Positions 62,580-64,000 of a stretch of DNA of 64,000 nt are shown here, piece after piece. The stretch is from Lytechinus pictus (taxonomy: Eukaryota). Made by a program: the position numbers and the translations under genes. The DNA is taken from NCBI RefSeq assembly GCF_037042905.1, contig NC_087249.1, positions 6,884,001-6,948,000 of the forward strand, written 5' to 3'. How positions within the stretch are numbered: position 1 is the stretch's first letter; every line of letters starts with the position of its first letter. The notes beneath the pieces are model-generated. The model did not search any database. It saw nothing but the letters and a program-made list of their open reading frames with translations, and was not told the origin of the DNA.

Positions 62580-63125
62580 TGGGATGCCGCTTAACAACTC
62601 GTTTAGTACCTGCATCATGTCATTGTTCCCATGTTGTGACACACCTGCTTGTTCTCGAAGGAAGGAAGACGCTCGCTATTGCTTACGACCTGGTCATCAG
62701 ATATGTTGATAACCTTTAAAATATGAACATGCTTTATTAAATTATGTTAAAAGAGGGCTGGATAAATTTTGCTCCTAATGACTGTGTGAATTGACATTTT
62801 CAGTTTGCGAGTATAAGATCCCGTCGAAACCAGGAACGAGATGTATTTGCTTTATCTTGCAAAGATACTACCGTAAACCTCCGCACCAAGAGAGCACATG
62901 ACCAAGTTTGGTCAAAATACTGGAATGATTTGCCACTTATAATGAGACAGTCTCCATCACTAGCAATGTTCAGAAAGGCATTAAAATTGAAAACCATCTC
63001 TTCTTTGGTTTGCAGTTTTAACATTATATTAATTCCTTTTTAATGATTTCATTGTAAGCGCTTTGGGCTTTATTGGAAAAGCGCAACATAAGTAATCACT
63101 ACTACTTCCAGCTGCTGCTACTATT
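62580..63125 (+). mobile_element. Degraded L2-clade LINE 3' end
   Basis: YWNDLPLIMRQSPSLAMFRK-like remnant; TGTAAGCGCTTTGG...AAAAGCGC tail like 31397-31431. Confidence 0.6.
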
Positions 63126-63399
63126 AGTTAGCCTCATTAATGTGCAGTTTCTAACACTTTCCTTAGGTGGAAGCCACAATTATAGTAGGCATCTATGAGT
63201 TGAAAATTATACTCAACCGACTTGACCCGTAGATCCACTAATGGCATGTTTCTGGCCTGACAAAACTTCTGAAACAAGAGTTAAGTGTCACTGGATGGTC
63301 CTTGGCACTGCGAACATCCTGGTGAGATTCTTGGTATGACTTTGACTTGGGTGAAACGAAATATCTTTAAAACCTTTTACATGCCATAATGTGTTAGCT

Positions 63400-63940
63400 G
63401 CTTACGAAGACGAAGAATACTCCACAGGGAGTGGAAAGAGTGCATGTATTGTGTGGGAGTAAACCAGAATCAGCTGACCGGGGTAAGTCGAATACTAGTA
63501 TCTGGTGGAACAGTGGATATGGAATATTCTTCAAGAAGTTTGCAAGCACTCTATATAGGTTGCCATTTTCAAGAAGAAAAAAAAACATGGAAAGGAAGCG
63601 AGTTTCATCGGAAATGAATCGTAGAGTAGTAAAGGATGATACCAGGTCCCAATACTCCAGAATGATGATGACAAAGCCGCCATTGCGGTGTTTCACTTGG
63701 GAAGTTTCTGGAGCGTCGGAAGTGCCCTGTCAACACAATGCCCAAAACCAGAAGTGGACGGGAAGAACCTTGGTATTGCGTACATCCTGGTCACATAAAG
63801 GAGGAGGGAACCGGAGTTGATAACCTTTCTGATATCGGAGAGAATCTCAGATTCATCAAACATTACCGGAAGATGATCAGTGAACATGCACAAGGTCAAG
63901 ATCCAGTACAGGGCGAACATCATTTTATGACGCAGGCATG
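63400..63940 (-). mobile_element. Possible highly degraded CR1-like LINE RT C-terminal remnant
   Basis: Broken frames with VRPVLD and Q.R.C.II(L) remnants; weak. Confidence 0.25.
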
Positions 63941-64000
63941 CAGGGCCCTGGGAACGATATTTTTACTGGGAGTGCTGATGAAAATTTGACAAATAAAAAA

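Noticed and set aside
15000..64000. Conserved miRNA hairpins
   Set aside because: None recognised by eye; the check was not exhaustive and an Rfam/miRBase scan would be needed

Overview
AT-rich eukaryotic genomic DNA, rich in repeats, with GT-AG introns, poly-G/C runs, microsatellites, tRNA-derived SINEs, LINE remnants and many MITEs. The repeat spectrum suggests an echinoderm, probably a sea urchin; this is an inference, not a database result. Two + strand protein-coding genes are supported. (1) A spliced gene, CDS join(4812..4955,5553..5689,5925..6092,6392..8288), 781 aa, encoding a multi-pass membrane protein with a long S/T/P-rich loop that I cannot assign to a family. (2) An apparently intronless gene (ATG 11476/11482..12723) encoding a single-Ig-domain transmembrane protein. 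It has no signal peptide, and its tail carries YxN, YxxM and PxxPxR motifs plus a terminal ITIM (LVYASL) and ITSM (TTYAKI) whose tyrosines are 25 aa apart, a PD-1-like inhibitory-receptor layout. The remaining ~50 kb has no convincing CDS. It contains nested transposons and weaker signs of a long minus-strand transcript (candidate non-coding exons and promoters, and one recursive-splice-like site).
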